Shown piece by piece: positions 12,006 to 25,192 of a stretch of DNA of 64,000 nt. Every line of letters starts with the position of its first letter. Within the stretch, counting starts at the first letter, position 1. Source of the stretch: Hydrolagus colliei. Taxonomy: Eukaryota. Location: the NCBI GenBank assembly GCA_035084275.1, contig CM068771.1:2170001-2234000 (forward strand), given 5' to 3'. A program made the position numbers and the translations under genes. The notes under the pieces are model-generated. The model worked only from the letters and a program-made list of their open reading frames with translations. It did no database searches and was not told where the DNA came from.

Positions 12006-14288
12006 TCTGTAGTGTTCACAAGTGTGAAACACTGTCATTGAGGCAGAAGGAATACTTAAACAATAGTTAGTAGGATAGTTGGGGAGTTCGCGTATAGTAT
12101 AACAAAATAACCCTTGCATTTGTTATAGCGCCTTTTCACGTCTTGGGAATATTGCAGTGTTTCACAGGATACACTTTCAAGTGGATCAACAGTATATTTT
12201 TTGGTGAAACATGGCAGCCAATTGCGCACAGCAATGTACCACAAACAGCAATCCAGCTATGGATTGAGTGAGTGACCAAATTATTATTATTAATTTTGAA
12301 CGGATTATTGGCCATTTGAAAACTACAAGCTATTTGTCTTAACAACCGTGATTCCTACTTACCACAGTGTAAAACAGCGTGGAGGGAAATATAACAAAAT
12401 ATACTTGGAAAAAATATAACAAAATATCAGGGAAGGTTTGTACACTGACATGGTCATTTCATGTTCCTTCGGATTCTGAGGCACAATATGATTTGTACTT
12501 AAACAAACAGGCAACTTTCAGATCCATGTGAGAACATCTGAAAGGTTGGAGGTTTTGCTTCTACAGCGTATCAATATGTTTTTCTGCGATTTATCCTTCA
12601 AAGTAACCAAGTTATCAAGAGAAACAAAAGTGCATTGTTTGCGCTTAGACCAGTGTTGCTCAATTGCGTCCACCCCTTGTGAATTTTCCTTCATAGTCTC
12701 ATCACAAGCATAGAAGCATAGCCCCCCCCCCCCCCACACTCTCCCTCCCTCTCTCTCTGAGCATCTTTCCTAATGTATCAGGAACTGAGCTCACACCCTC
12801 AGAGTTGACACTTCAGAACATATCAAACCGTCAGCTCCTTTCACTCAGCAGTTTCCAGCCTTTAGCCTCTTTGCCCCCATCCTTTGGAACTCCATCCCAA
12901 TAGTCCCAATTTCCCTTGCTCCTTCCCTTGTCTACTTCCAATTTCTGGTGTGTGCTCTACTAGGATTTAGACTGGACGGACGAGAGTACACAGACCACAC
13001 CTGTGGTACAAGGCTGTTTCCCAATCCCTGAGGGCGAAGAGTAGAAGACAGAGCAAGGAGACTGATTCTTGCTGTTAAACAGTTAGAGTGATGAGCTATG
13101 ACAAAATGACTAAGATAATCTAGGAATATCCAGAATCATCATTTAAAAAAACCATCTCATTGATTGTGAAACAACAACAACAAAATTACATTTATAGAGC
13201 GCCTGTCACATTGGGAGGACTTCCCGAGGTGCTGAAACAGACATACCTAGAACTAACTGTACATGGTCGATTGCAAATAGAAACCACAAATGCGAATCAG
13301 ATCACAGAGAATTTGCATTTGTTATGTTGTGGGAACCAAAAATCCAATGCATATATTCCTAAAACTTTACATTTCACTCTAGGAAGCCTCATATCAACAT
13401 ATCATAATAATAATAATAATCCTTGCTTTTGATATTGTGCTTTGCACATCTTATTGACGTCTCACAGCGCTTCACAGAATATACTGTAAAATGAATTGAC
13501 TGTATATTTGTGAGCGAAATGCAACAGCCAATTGTGCACAGCAGTGCCCCACAAACAATTGTGGATTGAAATGACCAATTTTTTTATCGTTTTTTTTAAT
13601 GGATTATTATTAGGATTATTAGTATGCACTCTTTCAACACATCTTTGCCCAAGCATTCATTTTACATTCAAGAAGGAAACAGAGGTTCTGAGTTAAAATT
13701 CAATTGCTTTGTTTAGCGCGCTTAAAAATGAGAAGTCTTAGGTTTGATTCCAGAGTTGGGAGAAACATTGCATAGGTTTCCTTACTCCATACACATACCT
13801 CTATTAACTTACCATAGAATAGGAACCAGGTTGTTAGTCAATTGGCGGATCAATTTCCCAGGAGTCACGAACCATCCCAAAATGTACAATCAAATAATAA
13901 TGTGTTCACTCAAGCCTTAACTGTGGGACATTGCTTTGGGCAGTTGCTTACCAGGTTTTTCCTACAAAATACAGTCAATTAAATTTGTACTGCATCCTGT
14001 AAAGAGTTTGAGATATCTCGAAGATGTGATTAGGCAAATGCAAGGATTATTGTTAATATTTACAGTTTGCTATGGAAGAGGGAGGTCAACTCTCTATGTG
14101 TTGAGTTGAAGGACAGTGAGATTAATGTGTGTGTACATTGAGTCAGATCTTCTTTCATTGACTTGAGTGGCATTTAACCCAGAAAACTGCTGCCGTTACA
14201 CCCCTCCTGAAAACACCCACCCTTGATCCCTCTAATCTCTCTCACTACCATCCCACCTCCCACTTGGATTACTCCAACACAGTCAAGT

Positions 14289-14616
14289 GGAGCTCCTGTA
14301 GCTCAGTGGTTAGAATACTCGCCTTACAAGCGTGAGACCTGTGTTCAAATCCAGGAAGGTCAGGGCGAAACCTTGGGCAAGTTTCCTTACTCCACACACA
14401 CACACCTAATAATAATCCGTCCAAAAAAATACCTATAATAAAAGTTGGTCATTTTTAATCCACAACTGTTTGTGGAGGACACTGCTGTGCGCAATTGGCT
14501 GCCGCGTTTCGCCCACAAATGTACAGTCAATTCACTTTGCAGGATATTCTGTTTGAGATGTCGATAAGATGTGAAAAGCGCTATAACAAATGCAAGGATT
14601 ATTATTATTATTATAA
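14289..14616 (+). mobile_element. Full-length tRNA-derived SINE (DeuSINE-like body, L2-type tail); dozens of relatives across the window
   Basis: A box tagctcagtggttaga, B box gttcaaatcc, body gctgtgcgcaattggctgccgcgtttc, tail gtgaaaagcgctata..atgcaagg(att)n. Confidence 0.9.
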
Positions 14617-14618
14617 TA

Positions 14619-14830
14619 CAGTAAAAGCCTATTTATCCGTGACCCGATCAACCGTAACTTCCATATAACCAGCACCACAAAAAAGGTCCACATTCGATTA
14701 ACTGGAATTTATCTGGAAAAATGCATTAAAAACAATAATAATTTGGGGGTGTTTTCAACCGAATATCCGACACGCGCTTTAACCGGCATCGTCCAGGTCC
14801 CAAGGGTGCTGGATAAATGGGCTTTTACTG
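14619..14830. mobile_element. Tc1/mariner (pogo/Tigger-like) MITE, 212 bp
   Basis: 20-bp TIRs cagtaaaagcctatttatcc / ggataaatgggcttttactg (1 mismatch) flanked by TA on both sides. Confidence 0.9.
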
Positions 14831-15437
14831 TATATATTATAACACACTCCTCGCCGGTCTCCCCAGCTCTTCTATTCAAAAGATCCATCTGATTCAGAAA
14901 CTCTTTGGAACCAAGTACTGACCTGGACCAAACTTTGTACCCACAACATTACCAGTTCTGGCCAAGCATCCACTGGCTCACCATCGCTGAATGCATTGAC
15001 TTCAAGATCGTCACACTCGTGTTCAAATCCCCTCACTCTCTGGGACGCTCTATAAATGTCATTTTGTTGTTCTTGTTGTTGTGACTTCCGTACTTCTCCG
15101 ACCTCCTCACTCCGCAATCCACCAGTTGGAGGCTCCGCTTGACTGACACCAACCACCTGGTGTTGGTAATAAAAAATAGAAAATAAAAATATTTTTGTAC
15201 TAATTCGAGACTACAGAATACAGTAAAAAAAATTGTTCATTTTCAATCCACGATTGTTTGTGGGACACAGCTGTGCGCAATTGGCTGCTGCGTTTTGCTC
15301 ACAAAGTATACAGTCAACTCAGTTTACAGTATACAGTATTCTGTGAAGCGCTTTGAGACGTCGAGAGGACAGCGCTATATCAAATTCAAGGATTATTAAT
15401 ATGTGGCTCAACGTTTGCTGAAGAGATGAGAGACGTG

Positions 15438-15713
15438 AATAATAATAATCATCCTTGCATTTGATATAGCGCTTTTCACATCCTATTGACGTCTCAAAGC
15501 GCTTCACAGCCAGTTGTGCACAGCAGTGACCCCACAAACAGTCATGGACTGAAAATGACCACATTTATTACCGGAGGGATTATAATATTAGGCGTGTGTG
15601 TGTGTATGTAGTAAGGAAATTTGCCCAAGGTTTCGCCCTGATCTGCCTGGGTTCGAACACGGGTCTCACGCTTGTAAGGCGAGTGACTCTAACCACTGAG
15701 CTACAAGAGCTCC
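15438..15713 (-). mobile_element. tRNA-derived SINE of the same family
   Basis: Reverse-complement head ggagctcttgtagctcagtggttagag and tail. Confidence 0.85.
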
Positions 15714-15754
15714 TATCGACCTATCAGAGCGATGCAAAGCAATTGTTTGGCCTG

Positions 15755-16132
15755 TCAACCAATAGGAATTGGAGGTGAGCGGGGCGGGTGTTACAAATAG
15801 CCAATGGCAGTGAGGGTGGGCGACGATGAGGAACGATGGGAGTGATTGACCGGTGAGTTGATTGACAGTCACTTTGGCGTAGGAAATAGCTGACCTGTAG
15901 CCAATAGGGAGCGAGTAGGCGGGAGTGGAATGACGGTTGGCGAGATAGCGGGGAGAGGGGGTGAGGGGGAAATGATTGACGTGGACACGTACCAATCAGT
16001 GCGCTACGTCTGATTGATATGTGAGGTGACCAATAGAAAGCTACGATCTCGGGGGGGAGAGGGGGCGTAACGGCGGGAAAGATCAAGTGGGAGGGGTCAG
16101 AGTGAGGGTTGGAGGAACACAAACATGGCGGC
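15755..16132 (+). promoter_or_regulatory. CCAAT-rich GC promoter of the ZNF gene
   Basis: CCAAT at 15759, 15801, 15901, 15992, 16030; ATTGG at 15768; GC box at 15781; TGATTGACAG at 15859; YY1-type AAACATGGCGGC over the ATG. Confidence 0.75.
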
Positions 16133-16163
16133 AGAGAAGGGGACAGCGAGAATCGTGGAGCAG
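16125..16163 (+). CDS. Putative first coding exon of the ZNF gene (MAAEKGTARIVEQ)
   Basis: aacATGG context downstream of the promoter; CAG|GTCAGT donor in phase 0, matching the ZNF exon acceptor phase. Confidence 0.6.
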
Positions 16164-16220
16164 GTCAGTGAGGGACACAGGGAGAGACGGAGGGAGGGTG
16201 GGGGAGAGAAAGAGGGAGGG

Positions 16221-16559
16221 NNNNNNNNNNNNNNNNNNNNNNNNNNNNNNNNNNNNNNNNNNNNNNNNNNNNNNNNNNNNNNNNNNNNNNNNNNNNNNNN
16301 NNNNNNNNNNNNNNNNNNNNNNNNNNNNNNNNNNNNNNNNNNNNNNNNNNNNNNNNNNNNNNNNNNNNNNNNNNNNNNNNNNNNNNNNNNNNNNNNNNNN
16401 NNNNNNNNNNNNNNNNNNNNNNNNNNNNNNNNNNNNNNNNNNNNNNNNNNNNNNNNNNNNNNNNNNNNNNNNNNNNNNNNNNNNNNNNNNNNNNNNNNNN
16501 NNNNNNNNNNNNNNNNNNNNNNNNNNNNNNNNNNNNNNNNNNNNNNNNNNNNNNNNNNN
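16221..16559. other. Assembly gap (N run)
   Basis: N characters. Confidence 1.
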
Positions 16560-17880
16560 GGAGGGGGAGAGAGGGAAGGAGGGGGAGAGAGAGAGAGAGA
16601 GGGAGGGAGTGGGGAGAGAGAGGGAGGGAGTGGGGAGAGAGAGGGAGGGAGTGGGGAGAGAGAGGGAGGGAGTGGGGAGGGAGGGGGAGAGAGAGAGAGG
16701 GAGGGAGTGGGGAGAGAGAGGGAGGGGGAGAGAGAGAGAGGGAGGGAGGTGGAAAGGGAGCGGGAGAGGGGAGGGAGAGAGGGGGGGAGAGGGAGGGGAG
16801 GGGGAGAGAGAGAGTGAGAGAATACGTGTGACTGAAGGAGGGAGAGAGTGTGTGAAGGAGAGAGTGGAGGGGGAGAAAGAGAGAGTTTGAGAGGGAGGGT
16901 GTATGTGAGGGAAGGATGGAGGGAGAGGGTGTGAGGGGATGGAGGGAGAGAGTGAGTGGGAGGGAGGGAACGTGAGAGGGAAGGAGGGAGTGTGTAAGAT
17001 GGGGGGGGGGGGGCAGAGAGATTGAGGGAGGAAGAGAGTATGTGAGAGGGAGGGAGGGGGAGAGAGGGAGTGAGTGTGTGAGAGGCAGAGAGAGAGAATG
17101 AGGGGGAGAGTGATAGAGATAAAGAGAATGTGTGTGTAAGAGAAATGTGTGAGTGAGAGAGGGAGAATGTGGGGGGAGAGTGATGGAATAAAGAGTGTGT
17201 GAGAGGGAGGGAGTGGAAGAAAGTGTGAGAGGGAGCGAGGGATGGAGGGAGAGAATGTGTGAGGCACAGAGAGAGAATGAGGGGGAGAGTGATAGAGATA
17301 AAGTGTGTGTGTGTATAAGAGAAATGTGTGAGAGAATGTGGGCTAGAGGGAGTGTGAGAGGGAGTGAGTGTGAGAGAGGGAGAGAATGAGGGGGATAGTG
17401 ATGGAGATAAAGCGAGTGTGTGAAGAGTGAGGGAGAGAGTGAGTGTGAGAGGGAGTGCGAGAGAGAGTGGGTGTGAGAGGGAGTGAGTGTGTGAGGGAGA
17501 GAGTGTGTGAGGGAGAGGGAGAGAATGGGGGAAAGAGTGATGGAGATAAAGAGAGTGTGTGTGGGAGAGGGAGTGGGTGTATGAGAGAGAATGATGGAAA
17601 GAGTGATGGAGATAAAGAGAAAGTGTTGTGTGAGAGAGAATGTGTGTGTGTGTGAGAGAGTGAGTGTGAGAGAATGTGAGAAAGACAGATTGTGAGAGAC
17701 AGACATAGTGTGTGTGAGAGAGAGAATGATGGGGAGAGTGATGGGGGTAAAGAGAGCGTCTGCATGTGAGTGAGTGTGAGAGAGAGAGAATGTGTGTTAG
17801 AGAGTGTGTGTGAGAGATAATATGAAATAGACTATAGTATGAGAGATAGAGAGAGTGCCAGAGAGAGAGAGATTGGGTGG
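16560..17880. repeat. GA/GT-rich low-complexity tract with degenerate ~20-70 bp repeats
   Basis: gggagggagtggggagagaga repeats; source of the spurious long S/L/P ORFs. Confidence 0.9.
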
Positions 17881-18744
17881 AGATGCTGATGGGAGCCCAT
17901 CGGGATGGCCTCGATCCTATTGATGTTCCCCTGTACAAAGTTAGCACTCAATAATAGTAATAATATTGTACTAATAGTAATCCTTGCATTTGATATTGCG
18001 CCTTATCTCGTCTTGCAAGAGGTCTCAAAGAGCTTCACATGATATACATTGAAATGACTGTATATTTTGTGGATGAAACACGGCATGCAATAGCTCACAG
18101 CAGTGTCCCACAAACAGTCATGGATTGAAGTGAAACCCTGGTCCGTGCCTTTGTCACCTCTCGGCTGGACTATTCCAATGCCCTCCTCGCCGTTCTCCCC
18201 CACTCCGCAATCCACAGAGTCCAGCTCATTCAGAACTCTGCCGACCGCGTTCTCACCTGCAGCAAACTTCGCTCCCCTATTACCACAGTCCTTGCCAGAC
18301 TTCACTGGCTCCCTGTCCCCGAGAGGATCGACTTCAAGATCCTCATCCTTGTCTTCAAATCCCTTCACTCCCCCACCTCCCTGACCTCTCTCCTCATACC
18401 AGCTCCCGTTGCCTTCGCTCCACTGGGTCTGGCCTCCTCCATGTCCCCCCGAATCCTCCGCTCCACCCTCGGCGGCCGTGCCTTCAGCCACTAAGCCCCG
18501 AGGCTCTGGAACTCCCTTCCTCACTACCTTTGCCTCGCCCCCTCTCTTCCCAGTTTCAGGTCCCAGCTGAAGACCTTTCTCTTCGACCGCGCCTTTGGTC
18601 ACCTTTCTCCCCCTGCCCCTGGCTCGGTCCCGGGATCCGCTATTGTGAGGCGCTCTGAGACGCCGTCCGGCGTGGAGGGCGCAGCATAAATCAAAGTTGT
18701 TGTTGAAGTGACAAATGTATCATTTATTATAATTTCCTTTGAAG

Positions 18745-18886
18745 GCGTTGTCAGCGCCGGAAAAGCCAGGAGACCACACGAGAGATGTGACCGGAGTCTC
18801 GGGTTCAGCAAATGAAGAGAGCGGTCTGGTCAAAACAGGAGGAGGCTCAGATGGTGACAGTGAAGATCTCAAAACATCTAAGAAAG
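18745..18886 (+). CDS. Candidate internal exon of the ZNF gene (ALSAPEKPGDHTRD...DLKTSKK)
   Basis: tttcctttgaag acceptor in phase 0, unique G/S/E-rich open frame, AAG|GTATTC donor in phase 1; no phase-1 partner exon found. Confidence 0.35.
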
Positions 18887-19859
18887 GTATTCCTCCTGCA
18901 AAAATCTACATAAAAGATTGAGCGCACAAAGATTTGACCCATTGTGTGTTTACCACTGATGGCTCTGTTTTCTTGTTCTTTCATTCATCTCATTTTCCAA
19001 TTCCAAGGACTGAAATATTATCAGAAACCGATCCGAGCCGGGTCAAGCCAATATATCTTTACCTCTTGCTAGCCCACAAATATACAGTCAATTTTCCAGT
19101 CTCCATCCCCCTACCCCGACCTCTCCCTATCTGTTCTGGTCCCTACCTGACTGTTCAGCGCCTTGGGACGTCTTCCCGACGTGAAAGGCGCTCCATAAAT
19201 GTAATTTTGATTGATTAACTGAAACTTCTAACTTAAGTTAAAAGCAAACAACCTCACTTGTAGTATACCATTAAGGAGTATAATAATAAATAAAATAATA
19301 ATAATCCTTACATTTGATATAGCGCTTTTCACGTCTTCTCAACGTTTCAAAGCGCTTCACCGAATGTACTGTAAAGTGAATTGACTGTGTACTTGTGGGC
19401 TAAATGTGGTAGCCAATTGCGCATATCAGTGTCCCACAAACAGTCGTGGATTGGAATGACCAATCTGTTATTGTTTTTTGAGGGATTATTATTAGGCATG
19501 TGGAGTCATTGGCCATGGTTTCGCCCTGACCTGCCTGGATTCGAGCACAGGTCTCGCTCTTGTAAGGCAAATGCTGTAACCACTGAGCGACGGGACTCCA
19601 CAATATTATAGATAAGTTACAATTGAAAATGCCTGAAACAAACATTTAGCATCACAAACATAATCTTACAGCGATGCGTGACCACCAGCTGATCAGACCC
19701 AGACAGGGAGTGAGGTTTAACATCTCATGAAGGACAAAGCGTTTCCGCTCAGCTCTGGCACTGGAGGGTCAGTCTGGGCTGTGAATTGAGTTAACACTCA
19801 ACTGAATTGCACATAAATTTTACACCATCTTAAATTTTGGAATAATGGCCGAGAGTTGT

Positions 19860-21150
19860 GAGAGCTTTCAACAGCAACATCAAGAGAATTACCTTTGTCT
19901 AGTGCTTTTCATGTCGGGAGGATATCACGAGATGCTGGATAGTCAGTGTTGCGTACCTGAGCTGGGGTTGGGATCGGGGAGGGTAGTAGGAAGAGGGGGG
20001 AAAGGTGGGGTAACCGAAAGGGGAAAGGCGAGATTAAGGAGGAACATGAAGGAGGGTAGGGAGGGGTGGGGTGGCGGGTTTGCAGGATGCAGGTCCAAAG
20101 GTTGGGGGCAGAGTGGCTGAAGGCTCGCCCGCTGATGGTGGGGCGGGTTGTTCGGTGTATGTAGAGCAGGCCGGAGCCTTCTGTTGCTACACAGGGTTCG
20201 TAGGGGTTTAGGAGGTCACAGAGATAGGGTGGGGCAAGACCATGGAGGGCTTTGAAGGTGAAGACCAGGATCTTGAATTCTCTATGTGATGTGGAGTCAA
20301 AAGGGAGTGAGGGTGATAGGTTTGCGGAGTCTTGTGCAGGAGAGGACACGGGATACAGAATTCTGGATGATTCGTAGTCTATGGAAGGAGGAATTAGGGG
20401 AGGCCAACAAGGAATCCATTAGCATAGACGAGCCTGGACATGAGGAAGGCGAGAAATTTGTTTCAGTGGCCTGAGGGTGAGGAAATGGCAGAGTCGGGTA
20501 ATGTTGCGTAGGTGAGGGAAGGCAGATTGGGTCATTGGATGGATGCGCGGGAGAAGAGTTGAGGATCTATCGAGGCACCAAGTCAGTTCCTGACTGACTT
20601 GGTGAGGTGGAGAGTGTGGAACCATGGAGGTTGATGCTGTCAGTACCTGTGGTGTGAAGGCGCTGGTGTGAGACAATCAATGGGAACTCAGTCTTGTTGA
20701 CGTTCAACTGCAGAAAGCTAGCTCTCATCCAGTACTTGATGTCTAACAGACAGTCTGTCAGGACAGCAGTGGTCCTGGAGTCGAGAAGAGAGGCAGAGAG
20801 ATAGAGTTGAGTGTCACCCGCAGACATGTAAAATGTTGACCCCGTGTCTGCAGATGGTGTCACCAAGGGAGAGCATGTAGATGTTGAAAAGGAGAGAGTC
20901 AAGGACAGAGCCCTGGGGGACGTCACAGGTGACGGTGCGGGGGCTGGAGGAAAAACCGTTAGTGGCAACAAAGTGGAGACGGTTGGAGAGGTAAGATTCG
21001 AACCAGGCAAGGTCAGGTCCGTGAAGGTTGAGCTGAGAGGAGGAGCGGTCGGTAGGAGGTGCCAAAGAGGTCGAGGACAGGTAGGCAGAGAGAGCTCCAG
21101 TCGCCGATATTCAGAATATCATCGGAGACTTTGACCAGGGCTGTCAAAAG
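19860..21150 (-). mobile_element. Degenerate L2 RT region
   Basis: CDVPQGSVLDSLLFNIYML, LQLNVNKTE, HLRNITRL, FKALHGLAP motifs across frames. Confidence 0.8.
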
Positions 21151-22157
21151 CCGGTTCGGAAGGGGGTTCAAAGAGGAATGGCGGGAAGGGAAAGACTCGA
21201 GACTCTGTACACTGTTGAGATATACTAATATGAAGCAAAATTATAAATGGATAGCTATTGAAACATTACTGATACGAATTACAATCATGAAAATGAATAA
21301 CTATGATTAGCTGAATTAAAATGGCAGAAACAACCATTTTGCACTCAGTCTGACCCAAGCTGGTTTGTGAAAGAAAATCAGACAGTCAGTTGGGATGTAA
21401 TGACAAAGGGAATGGCAGACTTGAGACGGGAGAAGACTGCCACAAGCTGATAACATTGCATTCGTTGTACAACATCAACAACAACAAAATTACATTTATA
21501 GAGTGCCTTTCACGTATAAAAACTGAGAAGGAGCAACTTATCCTCCTGTAAATATCTGCTCACCCGATAACTTGTTCTCCCAATTAGAGACAGACACTGG
21601 GCTTGGGAGGAAGGGAGCTGTCTGTATTGAGAACTGGTGGGCAGTTTTGCTTTTATCTATAACGAACTGATCAGATAAACAGATGTTCGTACAAGGATGT
21701 GTAATGGTCGAATACGAGAGGCAGATCCTCGGGGGCAAAAAGGTATAAATCGAAGTTGTTGCTGTTGTATAACTGCCTTGGTGTGGAGTGGTTGAGTAGC
21801 AGACCCAGCCGAGGGAAGACACACAGAGACCATTGCGACTGACTGCTCCGAAACTGGTGGTATAATTTTGTTACTTGTAGTGACATTATTATTGTACCAG
21901 TTTCTTGTGTTTTACTTTGATTAATATATGCAATTGGCTGCTGACAAAAACTGACCTGCCTGAAGTGCTCTATATATATATATATATATATATATTCAAG
22001 TTGTCGTTTTTGACACAATCCTTGACAGTAGTTATTGTGAAGCATTTAGAATGGTGTTTTGATTTGATCAGGTGCTGTACAAATGCAAGGATTAATTCTG
22101 AGTTGGTCAAACGGCGAAGGAAACTTGCTTAGACAGATATTTATTTTCTCCCATCAG

Positions 22158-23060
22158 CACCCAAAGTGCACGAGTCTCGCCCTCGCTGTAACACTGCTTA
22201 CTGGTGCCAAACTCCTTCAGAAACGTAGCAGAAGACTTCACAACACACCAGCCACGCAATCAGCTTGCAGCGTAAATGTTTCTTCAAAGCAGAACGAGGG
22301 ACCGGGCTCTATCGCACCTTCTGTTGACGGAGAGGTGTGTACGCCCACGGGATCTGCGCAACGTCACCAGCGATCGATCTCTGGCGAGGGGCTGTACCAG
22401 TGTGCGCAATGTGGAAAGAGTTTCACTCGTTCGGGGCACCTCATGGTCCACCAGCGATCGCACACGGGCGAGAGGCCCTATAAGTGCGGCGAATGCGGGC
22501 AGAGCTTCACGCAAGCCGGGCACCTCCAGAGGCACCGGCGGTCGCACACCGGAGAGGGGACGCACGTGTGCGCCGAGTGCGGGAAGAGTTTCACGACGTC
22601 GACCAACTTCCACATCCACCAGCGGTCGCACACGGGGGAGAGGCCGTACGTGTGCGCCGACTGCGGCAAGGGTTTCACCACCTCGGCCGTCCTCCAGCGG
22701 CATCGGGGGTCACACGCGGCCGAGAGGCCGCATCGGTGCGCCGAATGCGGGAAGGGTTTCGTGCGCTCGGGCGACCTCCAGAGGCACCGGCGCTCGCACA
22801 CGGGAGAGAGGCCGTATGCGTGCGTGCAGTGCGGAAAGAGTTTCACACAGTCGGGGACACTCCAGATCCACCAGCGGTCGCACACGGGAGAGAAGCCTTA
22901 CACGTGCGCGCAATGCGGGAAGAGTTTCACCGAGTCGGGCAACCTCAAGGTACACCAGCGATCACACACGGGGGAGAAGCCGTACCACTGTGCTCGTTGT
23001 GGGAAGAGTTTCGCAGAGTCGGGCAACCTCAAGGTACACCAGCGACTGCACACAGGGTGA
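22158..23060 (+). CDS. C2H2 zinc-finger protein, main exon with 8 tandem fingers
   Basis: Eight CxxC-x12-HxxxH units with HTGEKP/RP-type linkers, GC3-rich codons, ttttctcccatcag acceptor, TGA at 23058-23060. Confidence 0.9.
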   Translation, partial: HPKCTSLALAVTLLTGAKLLQKRSRRLHNTPATQSACSVNVSSKQNEGPGSIAPSVDGEVCTPTGSAQRHQRSISGEGLYQCAQCGKSFTRSGHLMVHQRSHTGERPYKCGECGQSFTQAGHLQRHRRSHTGEGTHVCAECGKSFTTSTNFHIHQRSHTGERPYVCADCGKGFTTSAVLQRHRGSHAAERPHRCAECGKGFVRSGDLQRHRRSHTGERPYACVQCGKSFTQSGTLQIHQRSHTGEKPYTCAQCGKSFTESGNLKVHQRSHTGEKPYHCARCGKSFAESGNLKVHQRLHTG

Positions 23061-23126
23061 ATCAGACCCTGTATATAAACGTGCCATTATTGTGGAAAGA
23101 GTTTCACATCTTCAGAAGTCAAGCGT
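23061..23126 (+). pseudogene. Degenerate ninth finger after the stop
   Basis: Same frame reads IRPCI*TCHYCGKSFTSS, then a SINE head begins at ~23127. Confidence 0.7.
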
Positions 23127-23721
23127 GGACCTCCTGTTTGTCACTCGGTGGTAAGACCACTCGCTCACCTTACAAGCGCGTGACGTGTGTTCGAATCCAG
23201 GGCAGGTCAGGGCGAAACCTTGGTCAAGTTTCCTTACTCCATATACACACACACATTCACATGCCTAATAATACCGCAAAAAAAACCACAATAATAAAAT
23301 TGGTCATTTCAATCCATGACTGTTTGGGGACGCTGCAGTGCACAATTGGCTGCCGCGTTTCGCCCACAAATATACAGTCAATTTACTTTACTGTATATTC
23401 TGTGAAGCGCTTTGAGAAATCGATAATATGTGAAAAGCGCTATATCAAAATGCAAGGATTATTAGATTATTAAATATTATATAATTGCATTTGACATAGC
23501 GCTTTTCACGTCTTCCAGATGTCTCTATTTTATAAGTGTATATATAATATATAATACATAATTATTTTTGGCCACCACGTTTCGCCCACAAATATACAGT
23601 CAATTCATTTTACAGCATATTCTGTGAAGCGTTTTGGGACGTCGATAAGATGTGAAAAGCGCTATATCAAATACAAGGATTATTATTATATTATTATAAG
23701 TCTATTATATAAGTCTTTCAG

Positions 23722-23784
23722 ATCCACCAGCGATCACACGCAGGAGGGAGATCGTATAAATGTACTGATTTGGAACGAATTTGA
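23722..23784 (+). pseudogene. C-terminal half finger and linker relic (IHQRSHAGGRSYKCTD)
   Basis: Direct translation; separated from the array by ~600 bp of SINEs. Confidence 0.7.
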
Positions 23785-25192
23785 ATAGACAACAATACAA
23801 CACACAATTACATTTGCACAGCTCATTTCACATCGGGAGTACGTCCCGAGTTGCTGAACGGTCAGGGGTTGGAGTAGCTCAAAGCAGACAAGGGAAGGCA
23901 CAAAGGACGTGACTGTTTTCATATCTCAAATGTGGGAAGTGATTGGCTGGTTCCTGGCGCAGAAGAAAGACCACAAATGCTCCGAAAGATACGGTTACTG
24001 TGGGAAGGCTTTCCTGGAGCCGGTGCTGTTCACGGGCCACTTGAGCGGCTGCTTTGAAATGAAGGGAATAACGGTACTATTTTGATGCAAGGTGCACAAT
24101 TTCCATTTGATCCAACACTCACAGATAGTCATCAGATAGATTTTTTGGCCCCCTCGTTCTCTCCTGCAGCACCTCACGCACACATGGCTGTCGTTGACTA
24201 CCTACAGTTCGAAGTGTAATTGCTGGGGTTTATATAAAAATACTAATAATAGTTGCATTTGATGTGGCACTTTTCACATCTTCTAGATGGCTGTTTAACA
24301 GTTTGTTACCAGCACAATGTTCTGTGCTTCTTATTTTACTGCCAGCAGATTATTGATGTATTAACAACAACAGCTTGTATTTATTTAGCGCCCTCCATGC
24401 CAAACGGCGTCTCAGAGCGCTTAAATTATTGGTCAATAGTCGCAGTATGTACTACGTACTTGAGATGATTGAGATTTCACCAATGTTGTTGACTAATAAA
24501 CACAGCAATTTGATGGAAACCCTTGCTGTTGTGGTTATTGTCTCGCAAAGAGTCCAAACAGTTGGAAATGGCTGGAGCGTGAGGAAAGGGGAGGAAAGTA
24601 CAAAGGACAGGAGGGGCAGTTCGTGTCAGTGTTTGTCTGCGTGTGTTGTGTGTCTGTAATAATATTAATATTGTGGATTGAAATTACCAATTTTTTCTTA
24701 CTATTGTGTACTTTCGCCCCGAAATATACAGTCGGCTTTCCTGGTCTCCTTCCCCCTACCCCAACCCCTCCCCTTGCCATCTTTCCCCCCCTTTTCCCAC
24801 TAATCCCACTTCCATGACTGTTTGTGGGACACTGCTGTGCGCAATTTGGCTGCCACGTTTCGCCCATAAATATACAGTCAATTTTCCTACTCTTCTTCAT
24901 CCGTCCCGACCCCTCCCCCCCCACCTAACTGTACAGTGCCTTGGGATGTCCTCTCGATGTGAAAGGCGCTATATAAATGCAGGTTTTGATTGATTGATTT
25001 TGTTTGGAGGGATTGTTATTAGGTGTGTGGAGTAAGGAAACTTGCCCAATGTTTCGCCCTGATCTGCCTGGATTCGAACACACGTCTCACGCTTGTAAGG
25101 CGAGTGTTCTGACTACTGAGTTACGGGTTGTCTCCATGCTCTGAGCTAATTACAGTATGTTCTTCTGATAGAGGAAAGATAGTAGTTTTAAC

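Noticed and set aside
14289-14360. tRNA-Val-like sequence (also at ~58590 and elsewhere)
   Set aside because: No closing acceptor stem; it runs into SINE body and tail, so these are SINE heads.
16083-17947. Long ORFs of 394-616 aa
   Set aside because: Translations of GA-rich low-complexity DNA running through an N gap.
21549-21930. Candidate ZNF exon or LTR
   Set aside because: Stops in all frames after the acceptor; a TATA is present but no poly(A) signal or TSD.
22276-23473. Overlapping alternative-frame ORFs (292 and 329 aa) on the ZNF exon
   Set aside because: Expected by-product of GC-rich repetitive finger codons.
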